The notes: a model not told the origin generated them from the letters alone. 64,000 bases of DNA from Nocardioidaceae bacterium (GCA_013361955.1 JABFXA010000207.1:1942-65941), one strand, 5' to 3'; positions 9,018-19,608 are shown, counted from the stretch's first letter. A program made the numbers and translations.

Positions 9018-12000
9018 TCAGCGCAGGCCGATGTTGACGTAGTAGGTCTGACCGTCGTCGAAGGCCACACCGATCCGGTAGTAGCTGCCGCCGGTGCTCG
9101 GCGTCTTCCAGTTGTAGACCCACTGACCGCTGTCGTAGCGGTAGTCAGACCCGCTGTCCGCGGACATGGTGTACGCCGACTCGTCGACCGGCGCCGACGT
9201 GGCGCTGCCCTTGACCGGGGTCAGCCAGGCCGGGGTGGAGGTCGACTGGACGACCGTGCCGTCCGCCTTCTTGAGCTGGATCTTCGCGGGCACGGTGCTG
9301 CCGGCCTTGAAGATGCTCGTCGACGCACCGACCTGGTGAGCGGTGTCGTTGATCGGCTGCAGGAACCCGTCGAAGCGGTAGATCACCTGGTAGCCGCCCT
9401 GGACCTTGGTGGTGTTCCCCGCCTGGTCGGTCGCCGTCGCGGTGTAGGCGAAGGCGCCCACCCCGTTGGCGTTGCCGCCGGTGACGGTGACCTTGCAGGA
9501 CGCCACCCCGGACACGTTGTCCGTCGCGGTGCAGGTGGCCGTGGGAACGGTGCCGAGGACGTAGGTGTTGCCCTGGACGTTCACTTTGGCGATCGTCGGG
9601 CCCTCCGCGTCGACGTTGATGCCGGACACCGACGTACCGGCGCGGTTGCCGGCCCGGTCGACGGCCTCGCCGCTCACCGACTGCCCGACGCCGTTGGCCG
9701 AGACCGTCTGGCCGGGGGTGCAGGCCGCGACGCCGGAGAGCGCGTCGGAGCAGTCGAAGTGGACGGTGACGGGACCGGTGTACCAACCGTTGTCGCCGAC
9801 CTTCCCGCTCCTCGAACCCGCGATCCCGGGGGCGGTGCGGTCCAGCTTGACCGTCACCGAGTCGCTGCCCTGGTTGCCGGCCTTGTCGTGGGCGACGCCG
9901 GTGACCTGGCGGCCGGCGGTCTCGTCGCTGACGGTCGAGTCCGTCGACACGTCGGCGACGCCGGATCCGCCGTGCTCGTCCGTCGCGTCGAAGTGCACGG
10001 TGACGTCGTCCCGGTTCCAGCCGTCGGCGTTCGGGCCGGGGCTCACCGTGTGCGTGACGACGGGGGCGACGTTGTCCCACTTCAGGCTCGCCTCGTGGGC
10101 CGGCTCCACGTTGCCCGCGTTGTCGACCGCCCAGTACCGCACGGTGGCCGCGCCGCTGCCGGTCAGCGGTACGGCGACCGAGGTCAGCGGACCCGCTGTC
10201 ACCGTCTCCTGGCCGTCGACGACCGCGTGGATCTCGCGGACGCCCGACAGCCCGGACTGGTCACCGGCGCTCAGCGTGACCGTCGCGGTGTCGCCGGTGC
10301 ACCAGTCGCTGACGATCGTGCAGACGACGGCGGCCGTCGACACCGGTGCGGTGCCGTCGATGTCGATGCCGCCGACCTCGTCGGTGGTCCCGACGTTGCC
10401 GGCGAGGTCCACCGGTGCGTCACTCGAGACGGACTGGTCGGCGCCGTCCTTCGAGAGCACCTTGTCGTCCGAGCAGGAGGCGACGCCGGAGCCCTCCGTG
10501 CGGTCGGCGAGCTGCGGGTCGGTGCAGTCCCAGTGCACGGTGACCGCGTCGCGGTACCACCCGGCGACGTTCGGCTTCGTCGTCGCCGCCCCGGAGGCGG
10601 TGGGGCCGTGCCGGTCGATGTCGATGCCGGTGACCGAGCCGTGGCCCACGTTGCCGGCCTTGTCGACGACGGACGCCCGGGCACCCAGGCCGCGCCCCTC
10701 CCCGGTCACGGTGCTGTCGGACGGCCGGGTGTCCGGGTCGATGCCCGAGAGGCCGTCGTCGCCCACCCACGCGACGGTGACGTCGCCGGCGTGCCAGCCG
10801 GCCGCGTTCGCCGCCTCGGGCCGCCCGGTCAGGGTCGGTGCGGTCTTGTCGATGTTGACCGGGCCGTACGCCGTCGAGCTGGTGTTGCCCGCGACGTCGA
10901 CGGCGTCGCCGTTCACCGTCTGGTCGGCGCCCTCGTTCGTGAGCGTGGTGTCGCCCGCGCACCCGGCCACGCCCGACTCGATTCCCGACAAGGTGTCGCT
11001 GCACTCGAAGCTCACCGCGACGTCGGTGTTGTTCCAGCCGAAGCCGTTGGCGGCCGGGGACTGCGACCCCGTGATCGACGGCGCGGTGGTGTCGACGTTG
11101 ATGTCGAACTCGCCGTGCCGCTCCTGGTTGCCGGCGAGGTCGACGCTCCAGTAGACGACCGTGTGCAGGCCGTCGGAGAGGTCGCGGGTGAACGGCTTGC
11201 CGTACGTCTGCCGGTCGCCACCGTCGATCGTGTAGTACGTCGCGGCGATGCCCGAGGTCGCGTCGGAGGCGTCGAACGCAAACGGGATGCCGCTCCGGAC
11301 GAACCAGCCGGTGGCCGTCGAGATCGGGTTCGTGACGCTCGTCTCCGGGGCGGTCGTGTCGACGGAGACGAGGACCGGGGCACCCGCGGTCTCGACGTTG
11401 CCGGCGTCGTCCTTGCTCCAGAAGCTGATGCTGTGCTCGCCGTCGTCGCCGATGCGCACCGGCCCGTCGTACACCTTGGTCGGCTGCCCGTCGACCGCGT
11501 AGTACGTCGTGTCGATGCCGGACAGGTTGTCGTTGGCGTCGAGCGTGACCGTCACCGCGTCGTGGTGCCAGCCGGCCTCGTTCGGGTCCGGGACGGACGC
11601 CGTCGTGGTGGGCGCCGTGCGGTCGATCTTGATGCCGGTCACGGTCCTGGCGACCGTGTTCCCCGCCCTGTCCGCGCAGGACGCGGTGGCAGCGAGGGTG
11701 CCGCCCTCGCCGGTGACCGTCGTGTCGGCCGGCTGACCCGCAGGGCCCGAGAGGGCGTCCGTGCAGGTCCAGCTCACCACGACGTCGTCGGTGTGCCAGC
11801 CGGCCGGGAACGAACCCTCGAGCGTCGGCGCCGTCTTGTCGACGTTGATGCCGGTGACCCCGGCGCTCGCGCTGTTGCCGGCCGCGTCGGTGACCGTGGC
11901 CCCCGCGCTCTGGTTCTCGCCCTCGCCGAGCACGTCGGCCTCGGGGCCGGAACTGATGCCGGACAGCGCGTCGCCGGCCACGTAGGTGACGGTGACGTCG

Positions 12001-13655
12001 TCGTCGTACCAGCCGTCCACGTTGGCGTCCCGGTCGGGCCGCGCCGTGATCGTGGGCTTCGTCTTGTCGATGCGGACGGTGGCGGTGTCGGTCGCCTGGT
12101 TGCCGGCGCCGTCCGTGGCGGTGCCCGTCACGGCGTCACCGTCGGTGCCGGTCTCCGCGCTCTTCGTGACCGGCGCGGTGCAGCTCGCGACGCCCGAGCC
12201 GCCCTGGTCGGCGCACGTGAACGTCACGGTGACGTCCTGGTTGGTCCACGCGCCGTCGGTGTACGTCGACGGGGCGAAGCCGTGGGAGATGGTCGGGGCC
12301 GTCTTGTCGATCCGCACGTGTGCCGTCCGGGTCTGCTCGACGTTGCCGGCCTTGTCGGTGCTGGCGTACGTGATGGTGTGCTCGCCCTCGTCCGCGAGCG
12401 TGAACGACGTACCCGCCTGGGCGGGCCCGCCGTCGACGCGGTACGTCGTGGACTCGACCGTGGACAGGTTGTCGGTCGCCGTCAGGGTGACCCGCACGTC
12501 GCCGCCGACCCAGTCGTTGGAGGTGCCGCTGATCGCGGTGGTGGGTGCGGTGCGGTCGATCTTCACGGCCGGGCTGCTCGTCGCGGTCGTGGCGAGGCCG
12601 GCGCCGTTGCGCACGGTCTGGGTGCTGGTGAGCCCGGTGCCCTCCCCGGTGATCGTGGTGTCGGCCGGGGCGGTCGGGATGCCGGACTGCGGGTCGGCCG
12701 CCACCCAGTGGACGGCCACGTCGCCGTGGTACCACCCGGCGCCGTTCGGCTGGGTGGCCGGCGCGCCGGCCAGGGTCGGCGGGGTCGCGTCACCGGGAGC
12801 CGTCGACGACGCGGTGGCGGTGTTGCCGGCCCGGTCGGTGGCGGTGCCGGTCACGGTGACGCCCGGCTGGACCGTCCTCGCGTTCGACGCGGAGCCGTCC
12901 GCCAGGCACGACGCGATCCCGGAGGAGTCGACGGAGCCCGAGCCCGAGTCGCTGCAGGAGAAGGTGATGGTGGTGGTGCCGTCGGGGTTCGGGGTCTGCG
13001 CGGCGACGATGCCCGGCGCCGCCTTGTCCACCCGCACCGTCACCGCCCCGGCGCTGCCGGTGTTGCCGACGCGGTCGGCCTGGGCGGCCGCGCTGAGGTT
13101 GGCGACGCCGTTCTTGGTCACGGACTCGGTGAGGAACGGCTGGGCGCCGGCCACGCCGGAGCCCGCGTCGGTCGCCGTCCAGGCGACGTCGACGTTGCTG
13201 TTGTTCCAGCCGTCGGGGTTCGCGGCCGGCGTCAGGGTCGCGGACACGAGCGGGCCCGTGTTGTCGCGCGTGTACGACGCCTGCGTCGAGCTCGAGGACC
13301 CGGTGCAGTTGTTGGCGTTGAACTTCTCCGACGCGACCACCGTGAAGGCCTGCGCGCCGTCGCCGCCGGCGGCGGTCGTCGTGAACGTCCAGCTCGACTT
13401 GCCGGAGCTCGACGTCTGGCGCGGCAGCGTCGCCGCCCCGGTGACCTGGACACACTGGGTGTCGCTGGACGTGACGACCGTCAGCGTGAGCCCGGCGCCC
13501 TGCTTGGCGTACAGCGTGCCTCCGACCGTCGCCGTCCCCGCCCCACCGCTGAACACGGCAGACGTCACCGACGACGCCTCGGCCACCACCGGCAGCATGT
13601 TGATCCCTGACACCACGAGCGCCGTCACCACGGCACGACGTCCCCATGCGGACAT
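9018..13655 (-). CDS. giant secreted Ig-like repeat protein with C-terminal PxKF-type domain (1545 aa)
   Basis: Signal peptide; about 16 repeats delimited by D[KRT]TAP and D.AGN; C-terminal YRFDGFLQPIN...FKAGSTVPAKIQL...QWVYNWKTP. Confidence 0.88.
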   Translation of the reverse strand: MSAWGRRAVVTALVVSGINMLPVVAEASSVTSAVFSGGAGTATVGGTLYAKQGAGLTLTVVTSSDTQCVQVTGAATLPRQTSSSGKSSWTFTTTAAGGDGAQAFTVVASEKFNANNCTGSSSSTQASYTRDNTGPLVSATLTPAANPDGWNNSNVDVAWTATDAGSGVAGAQPFLTESVTKNGVANLSAAAQADRVGNTGSAGAVTVRVDKAAPGIVAAQTPNPDGTTTITFSCSDSGSGSVDSSGIASCLADGSASNARTVQPGVTVTGTATDRAGNTATASSTAPGDATPPTLAGAPATQPNGAGWYHGDVAVHWVAADPQSGIPTAPADTTITGEGTGLTSTQTVRNGAGLATTATSSPAVKIDRTAPTTAISGTSNDWVGGDVRVTLTATDNLSTVESTTYRVDGGPAQAGTSFTLADEGEHTITYASTDKAGNVEQTRTAHVRIDKTAPTISHGFAPSTYTDGAWTNQDVTVTFTCADQGGSGVASCTAPVTKSAETGTDGDAVTGTATDGAGNQATDTATVRIDKTKPTITARPDRDANVDGWYDDDVTVTYVAGDALSGISSGPEADVLGEGENQSAGATVTDAAGNSASAGVTGINVDKTAPTLEGSFPAGWHTDDVVVSWTCTDALSGPAGQPADTTVTGEGGTLAATASCADRAGNTVARTVTGIKIDRTAPTTTASVPDPNEAGWHHDAVTVTLDANDNLSGIDTTYYAVDGQPTKVYDGPVRIGDDGEHSISFWSKDDAGNVETAGAPVLVSVDTTAPETSVTNPISTATGWFVRSGIPFAFDASDATSGIAATYYTIDGGDRQTYGKPFTRDLSDGLHTVVYWSVDLAGNQERHGEFDINVDTTAPSITGSQSPAANGFGWNNTDVAVSFECSDTLSGIESGVAGCAGDTTLTNEGADQTVNGDAVDVAGNTSSTAYGPVNIDKTAPTLTGRPEAANAAGWHAGDVTVAWVGDDGLSGIDPDTRPSDSTVTGEGRGLGARASVVDKAGNVGHGSVTGIDIDRHGPTASGAATTKPNVAGWYRDAVTVHWDCTDPQLADRTEGSGVASCSDDKVLSKDGADQSVSSDAPVDLAGNVGTTDEVGGIDIDGTAPVSTAAVVCTIVSDWCTGDTATVTLSAGDQSGLSGVREIHAVVDGQETVTAGPLTSVAVPLTGSGAATVRYWAVDNAGNVEPAHEASLKWDNVAPVVTHTVSPGPNADGWNRDDVTVHFDATDEHGGSGVADVSTDSTVSDETAGRQVTGVAHDKAGNQGSDSVTVKLDRTAPGIAGSRSGKVGDNGWYTGPVTVHFDCSDALSGVAACTPGQTVSANGVGQSVSGEAVDRAGNRAGTSVSGINVDAEGPTIAKVNVQGNTYVLGTVPTATCTATDNVSGVASCKVTVTGGNANGVGAFAYTATATDQAGNTTKVQGGYQVIYRFDGFLQPINDTAHQVGASTSIFKAGSTVPAKIQLKKADGTVVQSTSTPAWLTPVKGSATSAPVDESAYTMSADSGSDYRYDSGQWVYNWKTPSTGGSYYRIGVAFDDGQTYYVNIGLR

Positions 13656-13892
13656 GCGTGAGTCCCCCCAGTTGATCCCCCCGCGCGGGCTCCGGCTCCC
13701 CAGCCGGCACGAGCCACGCACAGACCCTCGCGATGCGAGGGCAAGCACATCTTGCGTGCCGCAAATCGGGACGAGCCACCCGAACCCGGGAGTCCCCGGC
13801 GAAATGACCCGTACGGACCATCAAGTCCCCACCCCATCAGTCCGACGGTGCAGCAACCTGCCCGCCCGGCCGGGCCAGGCCGATGACGTCGA

Positions 13893-14231
13893 TCAGACGG
13901 TCGGGTCGGGCAGGAGCTCCCGCACCTCCTGCGCACAGCGGCACGCGACCGCGATCTTGGCGGCCCACTCCAGCGCCTCCGCACGGGTGGGCACCTCGAC
14001 GACCGCGAACCCGCCCAGGACCTCCTTGGTCTCCGGGTACGGGCCGTCGGTGACGGTCCCGTCGGTGCCCACGATGCTCGCCTGCTGGCTCTCCAAGCCG
14101 CCTCCGAAGACCCACGCGCCCGCTGCCCGCGCCGCCTGGACCACCGCCTGGGCGGCCTTGGCCACGTCCGGGAGGTCCTCCTCGGGGAAGTCCATCGCGC
14201 CGTCGTCGAACGAGATCAGGTACTGCGTCAT
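13893..14231 (-). CDS. YciI/DGPF-family protein
   Basis: VTDGPYPETKEVLGGF...EVREL. Confidence 0.92.
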   Translation of the reverse strand: MTQYLISFDDGAMDFPEEDLPDVAKAAQAVVQAARAAGAWVFGGGLESQQASIVGTDGTVTDGPYPETKEVLGGFAVVEVPTRAEALEWAAKIAVACRCAQEVRELLPDPTV

Positions 14232-14283
14232 CCCACGACTCCTCTGTCCCGGCGGCCTCCGCCGACCGCCTCTCACCCCTATC

Positions 14284-14310
14284 TACGAACACCGCCCCCC
14301 GATTCGGACA
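14284..14310 (-). promoter_or_regulatory. candidate ECF42-type promoter for the YciI gene
   Basis: Minus strand TGTCCG-N17-CGTA, close to the reported ECF42 consensus TGTCGA...CG(A/T)C. Confidence 0.5.
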
Positions 14311-14328
14311 GCCCCTCCGCGGAGATTC

Positions 14329-15564
14329 TCATCGCGCCCCCAGCTGGTCCCGCCGGCGGCGCAGGTACGACGTCTCGGCGGTGTTTCCGGCCAGCTCGAT
14401 CGCGCGGTCGTACGCCGCCCTCGACTCCTCGCTGCGGCCCAGTCGGCGCAGCAGGTCGGCCCGGGCCACGAAGAACGCGTGGTAGCCGACCAGTCCGTCC
14501 TGCAGACGGTCGAGGATCGCCAGCGCGACGCCGGGGCCGTCGACCTCCGCGACCGCGACGGCGCGGTTGAGCGCGACGACCGGCGACGGGTCGAGGCTGA
14601 GCAGCTGGTCGTAGAGGGCCACGATCTGCGGCCAGTCGGTGTCGCGGACGTCGCGGGCCGAGGTGTGCACGGCGTTGATCGCGGCCAGCAGCTGGTACCG
14701 GCCCGGTGCCTCCCCGCTCGCCAGGCGGTCCCGCACCAGCCGATGGCCCTCGGCGACCAGGTCGACGTCCCAGACCCCACGGTCCTGCTCGGCGAGGGTG
14801 ACCAGCTCGCCGGTCGCCGACACGCGAGCGGTGCGGCGAGCCTCGGTGAGCAGCATCAGCGCCAGCAGGCCCGCCACCTCACCGTCGCCCGGCATCAGGT
14901 CGCGGAGCAGTCGGGTGAGGCGGATCGCCTCGGCAGTCAGGTCCCGGCGCACCGGGTCGGTGTCGGGACCACTGGCCAGGTAGCCCTCGTTGAAGACCAG
15001 GTAGAGGACGGCGAGCACACCGGACACGCGCTGCGGCAGGTCGTCCGCGGACGGGACCCGGTAGGGGATCCGGGCCGCCTTGATCTTCGCCTTCGCCCGG
15101 CTGATCCGTCGGCCCACGGTGCCTTCCTGCGCCAGGAACGCTCGGGCGATCTCGGGCACCGTCAGACCGCCGACCATGCGCAGCGTCAGCGCGACCCGGG
15201 CCTCCGCTGCGAGCGCCGGGTGGCAGCAGGTGAAGATCAGCCGGAGGCGCTCGTCGTCGACGGCGCCCAGGGCGCCGGGTGGCTCGTCGTACGTCGTCTG
15301 CGCCAGCGTCTCCTTCTCGTGGCGCTTGCTGTCGCGCCGGACCCGGTCCACGGCCTTGCGGCGGGCGGTGGTGGTCAGCCAGCCGCCCGGGTTCGGAGGC
15401 ACGCCGTCGGCCGGCCACCGCTCGACGGCGGTCGCGAACGCGTCCGCGGCGGCGTCCTCGGCGACGTCGAGGTCGCCGAAGTGCCTGGTCAGGGTGGCGA
15501 CCAGCCGTGCCCACTCCTCGTGGTGGGCGCGGGTGATCGCCGCCTCGACGTCGACCTGGTTCAC
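14329..15564 (-). CDS. ECF42-type RNA polymerase sigma factor with C-terminal TPR/DUF6596 extension
   Basis: AEDAAADAF..A...WP..G.P.NP..WL...ARR; LRLIFTCCHPAL; YLVFNEGY; TPR-like tail; adjacent DGPF gene; start uncertain. Confidence 0.9.
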   Translation of the reverse strand: MNQVDVEAAITRAHHEEWARLVATLTRHFGDLDVAEDAAADAFATAVERWPADGVPPNPGGWLTTTARRKAVDRVRRDSKRHEKETLAQTTYDEPPGALGAVDDERLRLIFTCCHPALAAEARVALTLRMVGGLTVPEIARAFLAQEGTVGRRISRAKAKIKAARIPYRVPSADDLPQRVSGVLAVLYLVFNEGYLASGPDTDPVRRDLTAEAIRLTRLLRDLMPGDGEVAGLLALMLLTEARRTARVSATGELVTLAEQDRGVWDVDLVAEGHRLVRDRLASGEAPGRYQLLAAINAVHTSARDVRDTDWPQIVALYDQLLSLDPSPVVALNRAVAVAEVDGPGVALAILDRLQDGLVGYHAFFVARADLLRRLGRSEESRAAYDRAIELAGNTAETSYLRRRRDQLGAR

Positions 15565-15634
15565 GCGGACGGACGCACCCCCTCGACCGGTCATCGGCCT
15601 GCCTGCACGCCCGGCCGCGACCACCGGCAGGCGG

Positions 15635-17185
15635 TCAGTGCACCACGACGGGCGGGACGCCCTCGTCGTCGAGCAGGTGGCTCTCCTCGTGCTTGCGCGG
15701 CAGGAACAGCGCCGGGACCACCGTCAGCAGCACCAGCGACCACGCCACCCAGTAGGTCTCGGCGAACGCGCTGGCGGCGTCCTCGAGTCCCTGCGCGATC
15801 GCGGCCGGCGGGAACTTCTCGGCCAGGGACGGCAGGTGCAGCGATGCCATCGCCGGTCCGGCGAGCTTCGAGGCCTGCAGGTGGTTGGTGAGCAGCACCG
15901 ACATGACCGCGACCCCGCACGAGCTGGCGATCTGCTGGGTGATGTTCAGCAGGGTCGAGCCGCGGGCGACCTCGTGGGCCTTGAGCGTCTTCAGCGCCGA
16001 CGTGAACAGCGGCATCATCGTGGCGCCCATGCCGAGCCCCATCACGAACAGCTCCGCGATGATCACCGGGTACGGCGTGGTGGCGGTCAGCTGGGTCAGC
16101 CCGAACATGCCGATCAGGATGAAGACCAGCCCGAACGGCACGATCCGTCCGATCGGGTGCTTGTCCACCTGGGACCCCGCGATCGGCATCGTGATCATCG
16201 CGCCGATGCCCTGGGGTGCGACCAGCAGGCCGGCCTGCAGCGTGGACTCGCCGCGGACCTCCTGGAAGTACGTCGGCACCAGCAGCAGCCCGCCGAAGAA
16301 CGCCGCGGCGAACAGGAACATGGTGATGATCGAGACCGTGAGGTTGCGGTTCTTGAACAGCCGCAGGTCGAGCAGCGGGTGCTCGGGCCGGAAGGAGTGG
16401 AACACGAAGAGCGTCATCAGGACCAGGCCGATGAGCATCGACACCCAGACCCGCGGCGCGCTCGCCGTGCCCTCGGACGGGATCGAGGAGACGCCGAAGA
16501 GGAACAGCGCCAGCCCCGGCGACATCAGCGCGACGCCCAGGAAGTCGAACGACTCCGACGGCTCGGGGGTGTCCCTCGGCAGCGCCCGCCACGCGTAGAC
16601 GATCGCGACCAGGCCGATCGGCGCGTTGATCAGGAAGATCCAGTGCCAGCTCGCCGTCTCGATCAGCCAGCCCCCGAGGATCGGCCCCAGGATCGGGCCG
16701 AGGAGCATCGGCACCCCGAGGATCGCCATCAGCCGGCCCATCCGGTGCGGGCCGGCCGCCCGGGTCATGATCGTCATGCCCAGCGGCATCAGCATCCCGC
16801 CACCGAGGCCCTGCAGGACCCGGAACCCGATGAGCGCGCCGATGCTCCAGGCGGCCGCGCAGAGCACCGAGCCGGTGACGAACAGCGCGATCGCCGTCAT
16901 GTACAGCCGCTTGGTGCCGAACCGGTCGGCGGCCCACCCGGTCATCGGGATCACGGTGGCCAGCGCGAGGGTGTACGCCGTCACGGACCAGGCCACGGTG
17001 GAGTAGGCGATCGGGTTGTCGACCGAGCCGAACTCGGTCTGGAACGTCGGCAGCGCGACGTTGACGACCGTGATGTCCAGGATCGACATGATCGCGCCCA
17101 GGACGACCACACCGGCGATCTTCAGGACTGCTGCATCGATGTGGTCGGGGAGGTCGACGGGCTCGACCTTGCTGTCAGAGGTCAT
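15635..17185 (-). CDS. DHA2 (EmrB/QacA) 14-TMS MFS efflux transporter
   Basis: MSILDITVVNVALP, GWAADRFGTKR, RVLQGLGGG, GPILGG, DLRLFKNRN. Confidence 0.93.
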   Translation of the reverse strand: MTSDSKVEPVDLPDHIDAAVLKIAGVVVLGAIMSILDITVVNVALPTFQTEFGSVDNPIAYSTVAWSVTAYTLALATVIPMTGWAADRFGTKRLYMTAIALFVTGSVLCAAAWSIGALIGFRVLQGLGGGMLMPLGMTIMTRAAGPHRMGRLMAILGVPMLLGPILGPILGGWLIETASWHWIFLINAPIGLVAIVYAWRALPRDTPEPSESFDFLGVALMSPGLALFLFGVSSIPSEGTASAPRVWVSMLIGLVLMTLFVFHSFRPEHPLLDLRLFKNRNLTVSIITMFLFAAAFFGGLLLVPTYFQEVRGESTLQAGLLVAPQGIGAMITMPIAGSQVDKHPIGRIVPFGLVFILIGMFGLTQLTATTPYPVIIAELFVMGLGMGATMMPLFTSALKTLKAHEVARGSTLLNITQQIASSCGVAVMSVLLTNHLQASKLAGPAMASLHLPSLAEKFPPAAIAQGLEDAASAFAETYWVAWSLVLLTVVPALFLPRKHEESHLLDDEGVPPVVVH

Positions 17186-17441
17186 GGGCGGCGCTCCTTC
17201 GCACGGAACCGCTGGCCAGTCTAGGACCGGGCACCGACGGCGAGGGTGCGCTTCGTCATGCCTTCGGAGGCGGGCTTCGGGACGGGAGGGTGGTGGTGAA
17301 CCGCCGGGCAGGTCAGCGGCGGTCGTCGCCACGACGGTACGCACGAAACGGGCACTAGGGCCGGGCCCGGGCGAAGACATCCGGAAACGTGGGACACGAG
17401 GGCCATGGTGGACGCGCGTCCGGAAGGGAATGCTGGGACCG

Positions 17442-19049
17442 ATGAACGACGACGACCTCACCGGCTGGCTGCTCAGCCAGCACGAACGCGGCAACGCCTG
17501 GACCCGGCTCGACGAGGCGCACCCGGGTCAGCAGGCCTGGTCGGAGGGGAACCTGGTGCGCCCGCTCATCCACGGGGCGACGTACTTCCAGGAGCTGCTC
17601 GAGCGCATCGAGGCCACCGGCCCGGGCGACCTGCTGCTGTTCACCGACTGGCAGGGGGACGCCGACGAGCGCCTCACCGACAAGCCCGGCACCGAGGTGG
17701 TGGACGTGCTCGCCCGCGCCGACGAGCGGGGGGTCGACGTCCGCGGCCTGGTCTGGCGCTCGCACTGGGAGAAGCTCGGCTTCACGGCCGGGGAGAACCG
17801 CCGGCTCGGCCGCCAGCTGCAGAAGCGCGGCGCCGAGGCGCTGCTCGACATGCGGGTGCGCACCGGCGGCTCGCACCACCAGAAGTTCGTGGTGATCCGG
17901 CACGGCGACGACCCCAGCCGCGACATCGCGTACGTCGGTGGCATCGACCTCGCGCACTCCCGTCGCGACGACGCCGAGCACGAGGGAGACCCACAGGCCC
18001 TCGACAACATGGCACCCGAGTACGGCGACCGGCCGCCCTGGCACGACATCCAGGCGGCGATCCAGGGCCCGGCGGTGTACGACGTGGAGACGGTGTTCCG
18101 CGAGCGGTGGGAGGATCCGACCCCGCTGAGCCGCAACCCGGTCTACGTCACGCAGGACAAGCTGCTGCGGATGGACCTGAGCCCGGACCCGTTGCCGCAG
18201 CAGCAGCCGCCGCCACCACCGGCCGGGACCCAGCTGGTGCAGGTCCTGCGCACCTACCCCGACCTCCGCCTCGGCCGTGACTACGCGTTCGCCCGCGGCG
18301 GCGAGCGCAGCGTCGCGCGCGGCTACACCAAGGCGCTGCGTCGCGCCCGCCGGCTGGTGTACGTCGAGGACCAGTACATGTGGGGGCACCACGTCGGCGA
18401 CGTCTTCACCGAGGCGCTCAGCGCGCACCCCGACCTGCACGTCGTCGCCGTCGTCCCGCTGCACCCCGACCTCAGCGGCGTCTCCCGCCCGCCGCAGCTG
18501 CTGGGCCGCTACCGGGCGATGCTCGAGATGACCCGCGCCGCGCCCGGCCGGGTGGCGATCTACGGCATCGAGAACCACGCCGGCACCCCCGTGTACGTGC
18601 ACGCCAAGACCTGCAACGTCGACGACACCTGGGTGACGGTCGGCTCGGACAACTTCAACCGCCGGTCGTGGACGCACGACTCCGAGCTCTCCATCGCGGT
18701 CGTGGACCCGAGCCCCGACGGGCTCGCTCTGGCCACCCGGCTCCGGCTCACCCTCGCCGCCGAGCACCTCGACCGCGAGGTCGACCCCTCCGACGACGAT
18801 GCGCTGACCACCGTGATGGCCGACTGCCTCGAACCGGACGGCATGTGCGACGTGTTCGCGCGCAGCGCCGCCGCCCTCGACGCGTGGCACGACGCGGGTC
18901 GGGTCGGCCCCCGACCGCCGGGACGGCTACGCCGGCTGCAGCCTCCCGTGCTCGGCCGGTTGGCGCGCACGCTGGCCCTGCCGCAGTACCTGATCCTGCA
19001 CGACCCGGACGGCCGACCGCGCTCGGTGCGCCGGCACGGCGGCTTCTGA
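17442..19049 (+). CDS. phospholipase D superfamily protein
   Basis: Two HKD-type motifs: HHQKFVVIR...GGIDL and HAKTCNVDD...GSDNFN. Confidence 0.9.
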   Translation: MNDDDLTGWLLSQHERGNAWTRLDEAHPGQQAWSEGNLVRPLIHGATYFQELLERIEATGPGDLLLFTDWQGDADERLTDKPGTEVVDVLARADERGVDVRGLVWRSHWEKLGFTAGENRRLGRQLQKRGAEALLDMRVRTGGSHHQKFVVIRHGDDPSRDIAYVGGIDLAHSRRDDAEHEGDPQALDNMAPEYGDRPPWHDIQAAIQGPAVYDVETVFRERWEDPTPLSRNPVYVTQDKLLRMDLSPDPLPQQQPPPPPAGTQLVQVLRTYPDLRLGRDYAFARGGERSVARGYTKALRRARRLVYVEDQYMWGHHVGDVFTEALSAHPDLHVVAVVPLHPDLSGVSRPPQLLGRYRAMLEMTRAAPGRVAIYGIENHAGTPVYVHAKTCNVDDTWVTVGSDNFNRRSWTHDSELSIAVVDPSPDGLALATRLRLTLAAEHLDREVDPSDDDALTTVMADCLEPDGMCDVFARSAAALDAWHDAGRVGPRPPGRLRRLQPPVLGRLARTLALPQYLILHDPDGRPRSVRRHGGF

Positions 19050-19071
19050 CCGGTCGACCTCGCCGCGGGTA

Positions 19072-19608
19072 CTACCTCGTCCAAGCGCCGGTGCGGTCGA
19101 GCTCGGCGAGCTGCTCGACGAGCCAGGGGCTGAGTGCCCAGGGCGCGCTCGCCACGGCGGCCCGCAGCTCCGCGGCGGTCACCCAGCGGTGCTCGGCCAC
19201 CTCGTCGGGGCAGGGGTCGAGGGTGCCGGTGGAGGTGCCGACGTGCACCGGGCAGAGCTCGTTCTCGACCACGCCGGACGCGTCGACGGCGCGGTACCGG
19301 AACGCCGGCAGCACGCAACGCAGGTCGGTGACGACCGTGCCGAGCTCGTGCGCGGCGTACCGGTGGACCGCCGCCACCGGGTCCTCCCCCGGCCGCGGGT
19401 GACCGCAGAAGGAGTTGGTCCACACCCCGGGCCAGGTGCGCTTGCTGAGCGCCCGCCGGGTCAGCAGGATGCGCCGGTCCGCATCGAGCACGTAGCAGGA
19501 GAACGCGAGGTGCAACGGCGTCCGGTCGGTGTGCACCTCTGCGCGGGGAGCGGTGCCCACCGGGCTGCCGTCGTCGTCGAGCAGCACCACCAGGTCGGCA
19601 TCGGCCAT
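19072..19608 (-). CDS. idi: isopentenyl-diphosphate delta-isomerase, type 1
   Basis: HTDRTPLHLAFS, RRALSKRTWPGVWTNSFCGHP, ENELCPV, EVAEHRW. Confidence 0.95.
   Translation of the reverse strand: MADADLVVLLDDDGSPVGTAPRAEVHTDRTPLHLAFSCYVLDADRRILLTRRALSKRTWPGVWTNSFCGHPRPGEDPVAAVHRYAAHELGTVVTDLRCVLPAFRYRAVDASGVVENELCPVHVGTSTGTLDPCPDEVAEHRWVTAAELRAAVASAPWALSPWLVEQLAELDRTGAWTR

Noticed and set aside
9336-15891. Very long plus-strand ORFs (9336-13610, 11986-15891) and similar ones elsewhere, e.g. 25833-29072(-) and 23893-25770(-)
   Set aside because: Antisense shadows of real high-GC genes; Arg/Gly/Ala-rich and motif-free, while the opposite frame has clear family motifs.
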